From assembly GCA_950097015.1 (NCBI GenBank), contig CATNEN010000003.1, positions 7,936,001 to 8,000,000 on the forward strand: a DNA stretch of 64,000 nucleotides, read 5' to 3'. Each line of letters begins with the position of its first letter. The first letter of the stretch is position 1. A program made the position numbers and the translations under genes. The notes under the pieces were generated by a model that saw only the letters and a program-made list of their open reading frames with translations, was not told where the DNA came from and did no database searches. Origin of the DNA: Macrostomum hystrix. Lineage: Eukaryota > Animalia > Platyhelminthes. This document shows, piece by piece, positions 40,414 through 64,000 of this stretch.

Positions 40414-42662
40414 ATGAGAAGTTTCTCAATTGAGAAGTCAGTTATGCAATCACCGGACGATTCAGTTGCCTTGAAAGCGTTCTACAGTTTGCCAGCAAAC
40501 ATTCAGCGGGCTATTCTAGACTATCCGAATTTGATTAGCCTCTGCCTAGACAGGTACGCTCGCACCGGCGATGCCTGTGAGGTGCTGTTTCACCTGTTGG
40601 ATGCCTGTCCTGAATTGTTAACTACCGTAGACAATAAGATCTATAGGGAGAGCGCGTTCGGTTGCGCCCTGCTGCGCAAACAGACCGAGGCATGCCGGCT
40701 AATGCTGCGAGTTGCTGATAAGTAAGCGATCGTTTATTTTCCTGTTTGAGTTCTCTTTATAGGCGTCAGTGTTCAATTTGAGCAAATTTCTCATCTCTAT
40801 TGCAGGAACGGCATTGCTTGTCAAGTGTTGAGACACAGGAATTCAAGCGGTCACACTCTCCTAATGCTGGCCGTTGATTTGGACAGCCGTGATACCGGCG
40901 GACCGTTGATTGAACGACTGCTCAACGAGTGGCCTGAGCAGGTTGGTGGTGTTTTGTTTGTTAATAGGGCTGCATGCATGTGAAATAGAGAATCGGGAAC
41001 TGTGGAGAAGAGATAATTATTAAGAATGATATTGGAAATTAAATAGGAAAGAGAATTCGCAAGATAGATAAAGAAGAGAATGGGAAGATTGGGGAACAGA
41101 GAATAGGAAAAGATTGGGGAAGAAAGGATAGGAAGATTGGGGAAGAAAGGATGGGAAGATTGGGGAAGAAAGGATGGGAAGATTGGGGAAGAAAGGATGG
41201 GAAGATTGGGCAATAGAGAATGGGAAAATCGGGGAATAGAGAATGGGAAGATTGGGGAAGAAAGGATGGGAAGATTGGGCAATAGAGAATGGGATGATCG
41301 GGGAATAGAGAATGGGAAGATCGGGGAATAGAGAATGGGAAGATTGGGGAAGAAAGGATGGGAAGATTGGGGAAGAAAGGATGGGAAGATTGGGGAAGAA
41401 AGGATGGGAAGATTGGGGAAGAAAGGATGGGAAGATTGGGGAAGAAAGGATGGGAAGATTGGGGAAGAAAGGATGGGAAGATTGGGGAAGAAAGGATGGG
41501 AAGATTGGGGAATAGTGAATGGGAAGATCGGGGAATAGAGAATGGGAAGATCGGGGAATAGAGAATGGGAAGATTGGGGAATAGAGAATGGGAAGATTGG
41601 GGAAGAAAGGATGGGAAATTTGGGGAAGAAAGGATAGGAAGATTGGGGAAGAAAGGATGGGAAGATTGGGGAAGAAAGGATGGGAAGATTGGGGAAGAAA
41701 GGATGGGAAGATTTGGGAAGAAAGGATGGGAAGATTGGGGAAGAAAGGATAGGAAGAAATCAAGCATTGCCACTAATTGTTGCAAGATTTGCTTACTCAA
41801 CCCTCTCTAGGTGCACACCTGCTATGACACCGAAGGTCGCAACGTCCTTCATCACTGCGCAGTCGACGGTCGCAGCGTCTCCCTGAGCATCATTATTGAG
41901 CACCTGCTGGCCAGGTGTACAGCATCTGGGGAGGCTCAGGCTGTCTCCGCGCTGCAGCCAGTCGTTTCCGCATTCGGCGTGCCAGACAGTGTTGACCGGT
42001 TGACACCCATCCACTATATGGCCCGCTCTTGCCGACTCGACATGCTGCGAATCGTTCACGACTTCGCTATCAGGGCAGGGCTAGTTGTCAACTTTGATCA
42101 GCGTTGGCCAACTGGTCAGACGCCCCTAGCACTGGCTGCCAAAGCTGGCGCGTCTGCTAGCCGGGATCAGGTCTGCGACTGGCTAGTCAGAGCCGCCGGG
42201 GCAGATCCTAGAACTCCACTGCTAGATGCCAAGTCTGATGATGTTCAACAATTGTTGGTAAAGTACATCTCTGATCTGCCGGATTCCGCTAGCGACGATC
42301 TAGACGACGATGTGGAAGATATCGAAGAAGACGGTGTGACTCAAATTGAGGCCACCGCTGAAGGCTTTCAACGCCTTCTCATAGCTGGCAATGTTGAAGG
42401 CGAGTTGACCCGGGCCTTCCGATTGCATCTATCAGCTGGCCTCAGCGCCAAACAGGATGTCAATCAATTTCTAGCCGCACTAGCAGTTCGCTGGCCGCCG
42501 ATTGCTGACGCCAAAGAGTTCCTGTCCTTGTCAGCCGAGCCTATAAATCTCAGTCTAAGCCTGATGTCTTCTAGCAGTTCGCCTAATTCAACCGCAGTTG
42601 AAGCAGTCAAAGCCGCCTTAGTGGACATTGGGCGCCAGGACTTGTTGACGATATTAGACTAG
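40414..42662 (+). CDS. Ankyrin-repeat protein with a probable C-terminal death-domain-like region; exons 40414-40721, 40806-40941, 41811-42662
   Basis: Ankyrin motifs GHTLLMLA, GRNVLHHC, LTPIHYMA and GQTPLALAA, then an acidic linker. The end ALVDIGRQDLLTIL resembles the last helix of death domains. Intron phases 2 and 0 are compatible. Confidence 0.75.
41070..41760. repeat. 23-bp purine-rich minisatellite (ggggaagaaaggatgggaagatt), ankyrin-gene intron 2
   Basis: Tandem units read directly. Confidence 0.95.
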
Positions 42663-43257
42663 TTTTAGAGCTTATTCTGATTAAAAAAAATTTTTTCTAT
42701 TTATTTTAGTCTATTCTCTGCTACACACGATAGTTAAATACTTCTATAGTGTTAGTGCGTTTGCTGCAACAAGAGAATCAATTTTCTATGATTTATTTTT
42801 GCTTGATAGAACAATTGACTGTTATTGTTCTAGTTAAAAAATTAATCATCTGTAAATATTGATCTATCCATCGAATAAGACTAAAATAACTATCAATCAA
42901 TCGATAATCAGAAATCAATATTCTACCGTCTCGTGTTTGATTTAATATCGGAGAATTTTAAAGCGTGTTTCTTTAATACAGTACTATCACCGGCTTTTTT
43001 ATGTCAAAAATTTTCATGTGATAAATAGTGCGTTCATTTAATAACACATAATATATTCTGTGCATTTGATCTTTGCTCGATTTTATTTTCTTCCGCTGAA
43101 CAAGGACTTTCACTTTTTATTTATCAATTAAGAAATTATTACAGATATGATGAGATTACTGAATACGATACTATGGTGCCAGTCTTGTGTTTTTCCGGAC
43201 TTGACTGCACTATAGTAGACAATTCCAGATTTGACGACAGACTGGGTTTGTAAGGAT

Positions 43258-44545
43258 AGATGAGGCAGGAGAGAGATCAGAGATATGAGACAGGAGAGAG
43301 ATCAGAGATATGAGACAGGAGAGAGATCAGAGATATGAGAAAGGAGAGAGATCAGAGATGAGGCAGGAGAGAGATCAGAGATATGAGACAGGAGAGAGAT
43401 CAGAGATGAGGCAGGAGAGAGATCAGAGATATGAGACAGGAGAGAGATCAGAGATGAGGCAGGAGAGAGATCAGAGATGAGACAGGAGAGAGATCAGAGA
43501 TGAGGCAGGAGAGAGATCAGAGATGAGACAGGAGAGAGATCAGATATATGAGACAGATAAGAGATCAGAGACGAGACAAGAGAGAGATCAGAGATATGAG
43601 ACAGGAGAGAGATCAGAGATGAGACCGGAGAGAGATCAGAGATGAGGCAGGAGAGAGATCAGAGATGAGACCGGAGAGAGATCAGAGATGAGGCAGGAGA
43701 GAGATCAGAGATATGAGACAGGAGAGAGATCAGAGATGAGGCAGGAGAGAGATCAGAGATGAGACAGGAGAGAGATCAGAGACGAGACAAGAGAGAGATC
43801 AGAGATATGAGACAGGAGAGAGATCAGAGATGAGACAGGGGAGAGATCAGAGATGAGACAGGAGAGAGATCAGAGATGAGACAGATAAGAGATCAGAGAC
43901 GAGACAAGAGAGAGATCAGAGATATGAGACAGGAGAGAGATCAGAGATGAGACAGCGGAGAGATCAGAGATGAGACAGGAGAAAGATCAGCGATGAGAAA
44001 GGAGAGAGATCAGAGATGAGACAGGAGAGATCAGAGATGAGACAGGAGAGAGATCAGAGATGAGACAGGGGAGAGATCAGAGATGAGACAGGAGAGAGAT
44101 CAGAGATGAGACAGGAGAGAGATCAGAGATGAGACCGGAGAGAGATCAGAGATGAGGCAGGAGAGAGATCAGAGATATGAGACAGGAGAGATCAGAGATG
44201 AGACAGGAGAGAGATCAGAGATGAGACAGGGGAGAGATCAGAGATGAGACAGGAGAGAGATCAGAGATGAGACAGGAGAGAGATCAGAGATGAGACCGGA
44301 GAGAGATCAGAGATGAGGCAGGAGAGAGATCAGAGATATGAGACAGGAGAGAGATCAGAGATGAGGCAGGAGAGAGATCAGAGATGAGACAGGAGAGAGA
44401 TCAGAGATGAGACAGGAGAGAGATCAGAGATGAGACCGGAGAGAGATCAGAGATGAGACAGAAGAGAGATCAGAGATGAGGCAGGAGAGAGATCAGAGAT
44501 ATGAGACAGATAAGAGATCAGAGACGAGACAGATGAGAGATGAGG
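43258..44545. repeat. 23/25-bp minisatellite (gagacaggagagagatcagagat)
   Basis: Tandem units read directly; core shared with the 16273-16930 array. Confidence 0.95.
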
Positions 44546-44808
44546 CGTTTGATGATAAGACGAGTGATTCGGGCTATGGCGTAATTAAGTAGATCTAAAT
44601 AATAAAATTAGCCTAAGTAAGAACTGAATGGATAAAAGTTAGTTTACTTACAAAAAAAGATTCTAAAGATTTGAGTACTCTTATAGCAGATAAGAATTGC
44701 TTTGGTGATCCAAACAATATCACACAGTACGCCCTGGGCTTGACAATCAGAAATAAAACCATGAACACGCACTTTTCAGCCCAATTAAAAGGTATCAAAC
44801 TACAAAAA

Positions 44809-45099
44809 ATGCCACCCGGAGGTCGCCTCAGACAGTCTGTCATTCAGCTCTATCGCGATTTCCTACGCCTCGGCCGTCAGAAGCCCGGAGTTGGCGAACT
44901 GGCCAAGAAGGAATTTCGTCGTCAATCTGCCATACCGCCAACTGATATAATGCGAATTGAACAACAGATTCGACGAGCGAAACACATGCTAACTACTTTG
45001 AGTAGTCAGCATGTTACCGGTATCGGTAGTTTTGGATCTGAATCGAAAATAATAAATAAAGATTCTAAAATAAAGTCAAATCCTGCTGATGATAGATGA
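44809..45099 (+). CDS. SDHAF1: Succinate dehydrogenase assembly factor 1 (LYR-motif protein)
   Basis: RLRQSVIQLYRDFLRLGRQKPG...EFR...IP.TDIMRIE..IRR closely matches SDHAF1/LYRM8. Confidence 0.9.
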   Translation: MPPGGRLRQSVIQLYRDFLRLGRQKPGVGELAKKEFRRQSAIPPTDIMRIEQQIRRAKHMLTTLSSQHVTGIGSFGSESKIINKDSKIKSNPADDR

Positions 45100-46508
45100 A
45101 CACCGTTGATAAGACGTGATTAATTTTTGTCTTTGACTAATCAAATCAAATACAATGAAAACATTAAGAGGAAAATAATGTTCAACTTGTACATAATTTG
45201 AGCAAAATTTGCTTGAAGTTTATAGGCATCATCAAACGACAGCACAATTCACAATTTCTTTTTGCTGTTTATTATGAAAAAATTTACGCTTAATATATAT
45301 TTTTCAAATAACCTTGATAAGAGATGACACGTTGATTTAGTAACATGAATAATCAAATCCAGGCTTTATTATACTACTATCAATAAGTGGAAAAAGCGAG
45401 TAGTAATAATTTATTCCAGATCAGAGAGAAATGTGCCCAGCCGTTTAAAAAAACTGTTCAATTGTTGCCATTGTCAAGTTAGTTAAAAAAATAATATTGT
45501 AGGCAAAAATTGGCCGCAAAAAAACTGGTAGGCAGTTTTAGTAAAACAAAATCAATTTAAAGGCAATACATGTTTTGAAAATAACAGCAAACCCAAGCGT
45601 TAATAAAATGTTTAACTAAACATTCTTGCGTAATATATTTAACAGGCAAAACCGAAAATAAGGCAAAGCGGCGTTTGGGAACTGCTATGTATACTACTAC
45701 TAATAATAAAATCATAAAGCTAAGCTAGTAGTCATGCAAGCATTTTTTTCGAAAAATAAGAATTGTGATTTCTTGTGGGGTAGCGGGTCCAAAAATATCA
45801 GAACTAAAGACACAGAAACAACATTACCGTTGTAGCATAAAATCTGCAACTATAAAACAAAACAAAGCAAATAGCAAAAATATATGTATCCTACATCTTA
45901 CAAATAAATAGTTTTCTAATTTATGACGCTTTTGACTGTCAAGTCTAACCCACAATATTTGAAATAGATGTATGTATAGAGACATAACGAATATTGATTT
46001 TTCATCATAACGACTTAACAAAACAATGAGAAACATGCCGCTTATAATTAAGTGGAACTAATATAAGGTAATCTAAAAAAATATTATAATTGGACTTTTA
46101 TATCATACACAATTCCGTGAACATTTTAAATGCCTGTCGTGAAAACTAGTTGATTTAAAAAGTTTTTTTTAAACTGAAACATAACTAATTAACTCATATA
46201 TTCATATAGAGGGATGCACATTTAAAAAAATAATATAAAATAGAGAGTAAACTGCCCAAGCTCATTTAAAATGGGATTGAGTCGAGGAAGAGACAGGGGA
46301 GAAAGATAATTGTGTGTCTGGCATACAATTCGTTTAGGAAAGTTGAGACAAAGAATTTAATGAAAGGTGCAAATACACGAGGTAGTGTTTGATGGAGACT
46401 AATTTCGTAAAGAATTTCTTTTTGAAGATTCGAGACAAAATTAATAGCAGTCGGTAAGGCGGTAAAATTTGCGCATAATTCGATAATATTAGAGCAGGTA
46501 AAATCGAG

Positions 46509-57849
<11,341 letters not shown>

Positions 57850-58808
57850 TGTTACTATTGCTTCACTTGTGCCTAGCACAATAAACCTGCACGTTAATGT
57901 TTAAGCTATTCTCTTATCTGCTTGGCTGCAGTCAGATGGACGACTGTTAATAAAATACTCTTTTATTTGAATTGAATAGCTGAAAATTAAAAAAGACTTA
58001 GGATATAAATTATACTGGAATTTCACTGGAGCAGAACATAAATGTATGATAATTTCTTATTTTATAATGATAATTATAATGACATTATAATGATTATAAT
58101 TAATAATAATTAATTAAAGATATAATAATTAAAGATAATAATTATAATTACATTATAATGACACTCTTCGCCATATGCAGTACTGTAGTATGGATGTTTT
58201 TCTTTCGGTAAATCAAATTGGTACCAAAATTTGTGTTTTATTGTTTTAACTTGTCAAAAATAATATACATATAAAATGTAAAGAATATTCTGTAAAAGTC
58301 ACTCATTATAACAAAATATATATTTGGTATATATAATTGGTTGTCATTTCTGTCTAAGAAAACAATGTGCAGCTATAAGTGAGTAAGAAGTTCAAAAGAG
58401 TGTTTAAAATGTTGAGTTGGCTATTAGAGGCTCTGACCCTATGATCCATGGAAAATGCCCAGCAAAGACTGGTGTTCTAAGAGCCTTAGAGAGAGACCGC
58501 TTGTGCTGAGTGATGTGCTACCAAAAGGGGGCAAGATAAAGTGATAAGCCCTGCTACATTAATAACCTATAACATTTAATTTTAATATAATATTTTTTAA
58601 AACAAATTGTATATTTAGTGAAAATATTATATGGGCTAAAAATAGCAGTAATGCAAAGCAACATTCATAAGTTTGCAACATTTCAATAAAACTTTTTGCT
58701 ACAGGCCTGTGGCACATTTTATGTTACAGTTCTAGCAACTACAGGTCCAAATGAGCAGCTAATGGTGAGCAGCAGTATCAGCAACAGCAGAAGCAGCAGC
58801 AGCAGCCC

Positions 58809-60530
58809 GCTGAATCCCACTGAATGTGGGGGCAAGGTTCTCCCCCAGCTCACCATCGACGGCCAACCGTTGGCTTTTGAGCCGACTCCCACCTTTCTCG
58901 GCCTCAAACTCGATGACCAACTTACCTTTGCCCAACACGTTGACCACGTCAAGAGCAAAATGGCTACCCGCCGTAACTGCCTCATCAACATCGCTGGCAA
59001 ATCCTATGGCACCAACCTGGCAACCCTCTGAGCAGCCTACACCGCGTACATCCGCTCGGTCTTCGACTACAGTGCGGCCATTTACTTCACCCATGCGGCG
59101 CCGTCAGTTTGAGAGAAATTGGAAGCGGAGCAACACAAGTGCGCCAGAATTATCACCAGCTGCCTCGGCATCACCAACCGGAGAGCCTTGCTCGCAGAGG
59201 CTGACCTCCTGGCCCTTTATATCCGGGCCCTGGAACAAACCGCCAACGAATTCCTCCGCATTGCCCACCTACCCGTGGCTGACCCAGCGAGACAACTTCT
59301 CGAGACCACCACGAGACCGCGCCTGCTCTCCCGCGCCCACGATGCTTGGTGCCGCCTTGATGAGCAGACGCGGGAGCTGAACGCAGCCCAGTACGACAAA
59401 GACGTCGTGTTACCGTTCAAGCCATGCTTTAGAAGAGTCGGACAATGGCTGCTGGCAGCCGCCAATGCGCCCACGGTCACTCCATCTGAAGTCCCCGACA
59501 GATGCCCACCCTGGTCAGGACTCAACGCTGTCACCATCGCTACCGACCTCTGCCTCCCTACCTGTCGCAACGACCCGCCAGACGTCCGCCGCCTCGCCGC
59601 AGAGCGCACCATTGCCATCCTGCCGCAGTCAGACTGCCAGATCTGGACGGACGGCTCGTGCCTCCCAGATGGGTCCGCGAGTGGCGGGGGGGCCTGGTCA
59701 TCCATGCAGGCCAGCAGCAGGAGCTCTGTGTCCTGGCCGGACGTTTCAGCAGCAGCACGGGAGCTGAGCTGGTTGCCATCGAAGCGGCTGTTTGCCACCT
59801 TGCCATCACCAACACCATTAACGCCACCAATTCGACCACAGCCCCGATCCACAGGGCTACCATTTTCACCGACTCCCGGGCCGGCCTCCAAGCCATCTGC
59901 CAGGGCCCCAGCAGCTCCGACAGGAGAGTGCTCCACATTTGGAATGCCCGGAGGGCCTTGCCCCCAGATATGTCTATCCACCTGCAATGGGTCCCGGGCC
60001 ATGCCGGCCTCGCTGGTAATGAGAAGGCCGATGAGCTGGCCAGACAAGCCTTGAGCCTCGACCAGCAGATTGACCAAGTCGGACCGACTGCGCACCGCCT
60101 CACCGTGAGACACATGCTCCGCAGATGGAGAGCCACTCAAGACAATTGTCACCCGCACCCAAGACCTACCCCTGGCCACCAAGACCTGGACCGGTGGGGA
60201 CAGGCTACGTTGTGCCAGCTCCGAGTGCTCCGCTCCTCACTCACGAGAGACACGATGCTGCGCTTCGGCCTGGCCAACAAAGACAGGTGCCCTGCCTGCA
60301 ACGAACCGGACTCGGTGGCCCACCTTCTCGACTGCCCAGCCTACCAACCTGCTCGCAGCGAGGCCTGGGGGAATGGCCCCATTGACCTGGAGAGCGACGC
60401 GGCCCGCATCTGCGCTTACCTCCGCAGGGTGGGCCATACGGCCCCGCCCATTGATGACCCCGGCGGGCGTACGACCCCCACCCGGCCATCTGCGGATGAC
60501 CGGAGTAGGGAGTGAAGAGAGAGAGAGAAA
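58809..60530 (+). mobile_element. 5'-truncated non-LTR retrotransposon (end of RT + RNase H + C-terminal Cys/His motif), inactive
   Basis: FLGLKLDDQLTF..HV, Y.AYIRSVFDY, RNase H IWTDGS...AELVAI...IFTDSR...LQWVPGHAGLAGNEKAD and CPAC...HLLDCP. Stops at ~59029 and ~59110, frameshift ~59690. (GA)n tail and possible TSD cagcagccc. Confidence 0.88.
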
Positions 60531-60591
60531 CAGCAGCCCCCAGTTCCAATGCAGCCACAGCATTGCATACCATTTGACCCAAGCCTGAGAG

Positions 60592-60860
60592 CATACATGC
60601 GCAACACCGGGCTGACCTGGCCGAACTGGCTAGGTGAAATGAGGGCCAAGCAAGGTAAGTCGCAAAAACCAATCAACCAAGCGCAAAAAATCAAAGGGGG
60701 ACCAAGGGACAAAAAAGGAAGGCGTGAAGAAAAGGAAAAGGGGGAGAGAAAAAGAGAGCAAACTAAGTCATAAATAGAGCAATGAAATGAACTAAGTCGC
60801 AAATGAGAGCAAAAACTAAGTCACACGGCCAGCTAAGATTTGGGAGGTTGCGCATATATG
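60592..60860. mobile_element. hAT-type MITE, copy 2
   Basis: Same family as 30086-30366; 8-bp TSD cctgagag. Confidence 0.88.
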
Positions 60861-62669
60861 CCTGAGAGGGAAACTACCAGCTATGCTAGCTCGCCTACCC
60901 CTCAACAGACAAAAACATCTAAAATGCCTTGTTCCAATTTTTAAGCATTATCTTATAGACATAGCTGTGTGTACTTTTTCTCAAGCTCTGCCCTAGCACC
61001 ATGAGTTATATGACCCTATTGATGTTCTATATATGATAATTTTAACTTAGATTCTGCTTTTGCCGCTTGGTGAAGGGCAATAACATATGCTAAGAATTTG
61101 TTGCATAATCTGTACTCCATGAATCTCAAACTGTTAAACATTGAGGCTAGGTGGTTGCCATGTCACTAGGCTGGCCACACAATTGCACCCAGCCACCTAT
61201 TTGCTGCTTTGGATACAGTTTTCTCCTAAGTCTCTTCAATTTTATTATGGTTGTGACCATGTTTTTGTACTTTTGACAATTAACCCCTTGTTAATGCATT
61301 TTAGAACTCATTTTCTTGCTAATTTTAAAACATTCATGTCAGGGAAGCTAGGTCATGGCAGGGCCTTTAAAAATAATTTTATTTTATTTTTGCAAAAATT
61401 CTTTACTAATAAATGTGCTATTTATTGCATTAATAATGCATTATTTTCTTTTAATACACTGCAACTTCCTTTCCCCAATACTGTATAATTATTAATGCTT
61501 TTAAAAGCAAAATTGGAAACTTTCTTGGTCTGGATTTCTGCCAATATACCTTAAGAATATACCAAGTTGAAGTGAAAGAAAGTTTGTTTGTGTGGTGTCT
61601 CTTTTTATTACAATAAAGTATTAAATAGTTGGAATTAAATAACTAAGTGTATGTTTTTATAAGTAAATACAAAGTAGAGAGAGTGAACGAAGAGTTTGTT
61701 AAGATTAGGCAACTCTGATCCATTAGAGCCTTAGTAAGACTTATGAAATCTAAAATCAGTAAGCAAATGAAATAACTGAATAGTAAGATCAGATATATAA
61801 AATATAGTTTTTTGCCACTTGGACAAAAATTATTCACTACCAATATAAAATAATACACAATCTGAGATTAAAAATAATTACATAAGTCATACTTTAAAAG
61901 TATATTAATAAGAAGTTTGTTTCACAGTCAACACTAAAGTTAAGTTATTAATATAAATAGTGAATAATAAAGAAAGCATTTTGAATAGAAAGGCACTCTA
62001 GGATACTCCTGTTACATAGTTAAAAATATTCTCCATAGTGGTATGGAGAATATATAAGTAATGTTTGATATATTACATTTTTACATATTCAGATGTTCTT
62101 GTATAACAAGTAAAAGGCTTAGTGTTTGAATTTCATTTAAGAAAAAAAGATAATAAGAGAAGTACTGTTATATAACATTAAAATTGAAGTTATCACATGA
62201 TAGTTTCTTGGAAATGTGATAATATAACTAGTGCTTTTCTACTTTGTTAAAATGCACAATGTTTTTGTAAATATTCTGACACCCACCTCATCACACAAAT
62301 TTACTATTCACAATTAATTGTCTGCAAGCTTGGAGTTCACAAGCAAAAATATATGCTAGCAAAGCAAATATTAATAGCTGGAGACCGAGGACCTTTTAAT
62401 AACCACATTGGATTTGAAACCAAGGGACCGGGACCCTAGCGCTGCTGCTGACAAGCCATTGACTTATCAAGAAATTGTGTTTTGGTCTTACAAAATTCTG
62501 TTACTTCTAGGAAACACACGAACTCTAGCTTGTCACAACACATTGTGTTTGATTGGTCAACCTCTTCACTAGAAGCCTTTGAAGACTGGATATAACAAAT
62601 GATGGCTATCCTATAGAACTGTTAGTTTAATTATTTTTCTACTTAATTTTAATTAAATTCGCTAAACTA

Positions 62670-62843
62670 ATCGAGGGCATGTGGGCTCACTGCAAGACAA
62701 TGTTTCAGCAAATGCACAGCACATCGGACAGTCTGTTTGATTCATACCTACAAGAATATCTCTGGAGACGGCTGTTCAAGCAAAATGTTTTTGGTAGGCC
62801 TAACTTCCTTTACTGGGTTGCCCACATGTATTACCCAGTTTAA
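62670..62843 (+). pseudogene. Merlin/IS1595(ISXO2)-like transposase C-terminal remnant
   Basis: Translates IEGMWAHCK...SYLQEYLWRR...F...FL..V...Y-stop, matching the IE..W..K / Y..E..WR end of ISXO2-like transposases. Confidence 0.65.
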
Positions 62844-63036
62844 CATCAAGTCTACACTCATGAGTCATGTTGTAGCTGGTGTTGTTTCGTGATTTGTGAA
62901 CTATAACAAACTATTTTGCTTCCCGTTAAACTGTTAGGGGCCTAATTTGTTCATGTGTTTCACATTTTTCAATTCTCCAAATATAAAAGAAATGAATTAA
63001 AGTGAAAAAATAATTAAACGAATGGTTCTAACTTCT

Positions 63037-63462
63037 GGATCCTAGACACTTTGTCATCTTACAACTTTGTCATCCACTTGGAAGGTAGGACACTTCGTCA
63101 TCCAGCCAATTGGCATGCTTTAAAGTTTGGTCAGTTCGTCATCTACTAATAACAAATAAGCAATTAAGTTTGTCATCAATAAAGTGAGGGTGGGGTGGTG
63201 GGGCAGAGGTGTGAACACACTTCACATCTTAAAATGCCAGAAAGAGGTGTCAAAACTGATTTCATTATAAGAGTTGAAAGAAAGGTGCCAACACGATGTG
63301 AGGAGGTGGGGAGGGGTGGTTCTGTTCTAACTTTGAAAACTTTTGTTTTATAGATGACGAAGTGTCCACAAGTCTCAGTCTCTTCGTCATCCACCCTCTG
63401 AGATATTGGACAGATCGTCATCTGGATGACGAAGTTGTAAGATGACGAAGTGTCCAGGTACC
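63037..63462. mobile_element. MITE with ~40-bp TIRs and 9-bp TSD (MULE- or Merlin-type)
   Basis: TIR ggatcctagacactttgtcatcttacaac / gttgtaagatgacgaagtgtccaggtacc; TSD ctaacttct on both sides. Confidence 0.85.
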
Positions 63463-64000
63463 CTAACTTCTATATATAGGATAGGCCTAGCCCAAATAAT
63501 ATATAAATAACAAGTAATTGAATCAGATTAGAGTGTTTAATGTGTCTTAATGCTTGAGCCCCTATAATTTGCTAGGCCTATCACAGTAATTGGACTACAT
63601 ATTGCAGTGGATAAAATAAGTAATTAGGCCCCCTACTGTATAAGAAAAGAGTTCAACAACAGCAATGTTAAATGAATAAATAAATTTTAGATAGGCCTAG
63701 GATTGAAATGATTAGGTCAGATTGTAGCAGTTTTGTGGTCGCGAGTTCGGGAGTAATTACTAGGCCTAGTAAGAGCTAGGCGTTGGTTTTTTGTATTGTT
63801 TGTAAAGTATTGTATGAGATCAAAAAGGTTTGATTATTGTTGGATCGGGTGCAGTATATTTAGTGTATTGTATAGTGTTTTTCCGAAAGTTTCTAGAAAT
63901 ACTGTACGGTAAAACAAATTTATTTAAGCTATTTATTATTAGATGCAAGCGCATGAGAAGTTTGTGTTATATATACAATTATTTAAGGTGAATTATGCAA

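Noticed and set aside
59217-60672. Long minus-strand ORFs over the retroelement
   Set aside because: Antisense shadows of GC-rich RT/RNase H coding sequence.

Overview
This is animal genomic DNA with spliceosomal GT-AG introns. It is AT-rich and unusually rich in minisatellites, which resembles a free-living flatworm such as Macrostomum (inference only). Nine host protein-coding genes can be reconstructed by eye: Beclin-1 (5' part), a C14orf93-like gene, INSM/nerfin, an SRCR+ZP-domain protein, TMEM164, MRPL15, an ankyrin (+probable death-domain) protein, SDHAF1 and SMAD4. Most long ORFs in the supplied track are artefacts of tandem repeats. The SMAD4 introns hold the most interesting material. 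(i) Four box H/ACA snoRNA-like genes lie in one intron: three paralogues are predicted to guide the 28S GUACGAA-U-ACAGA site and one the 18S UGCA-U-UUAUUAGA site, and a mariner sits within the cluster. (ii) A 4.5-kb antisense insertion splits a SINE and carries a decayed, spliced tyrosine-recombinase gene plus a CtIP/Sae2 C-terminal-like (CxxC...HHR) module. Also present: tRNA-derived SINEs of two families, several MITEs with target-site duplications, an RNase H-bearing non-LTR fragment, a Merlin transposase remnant, a nested foldback-like arrangement of inverted minisatellites, and a different minisatellite in almost every long intron. All homologies are recognised from memory of conserved motifs, not from database searches.
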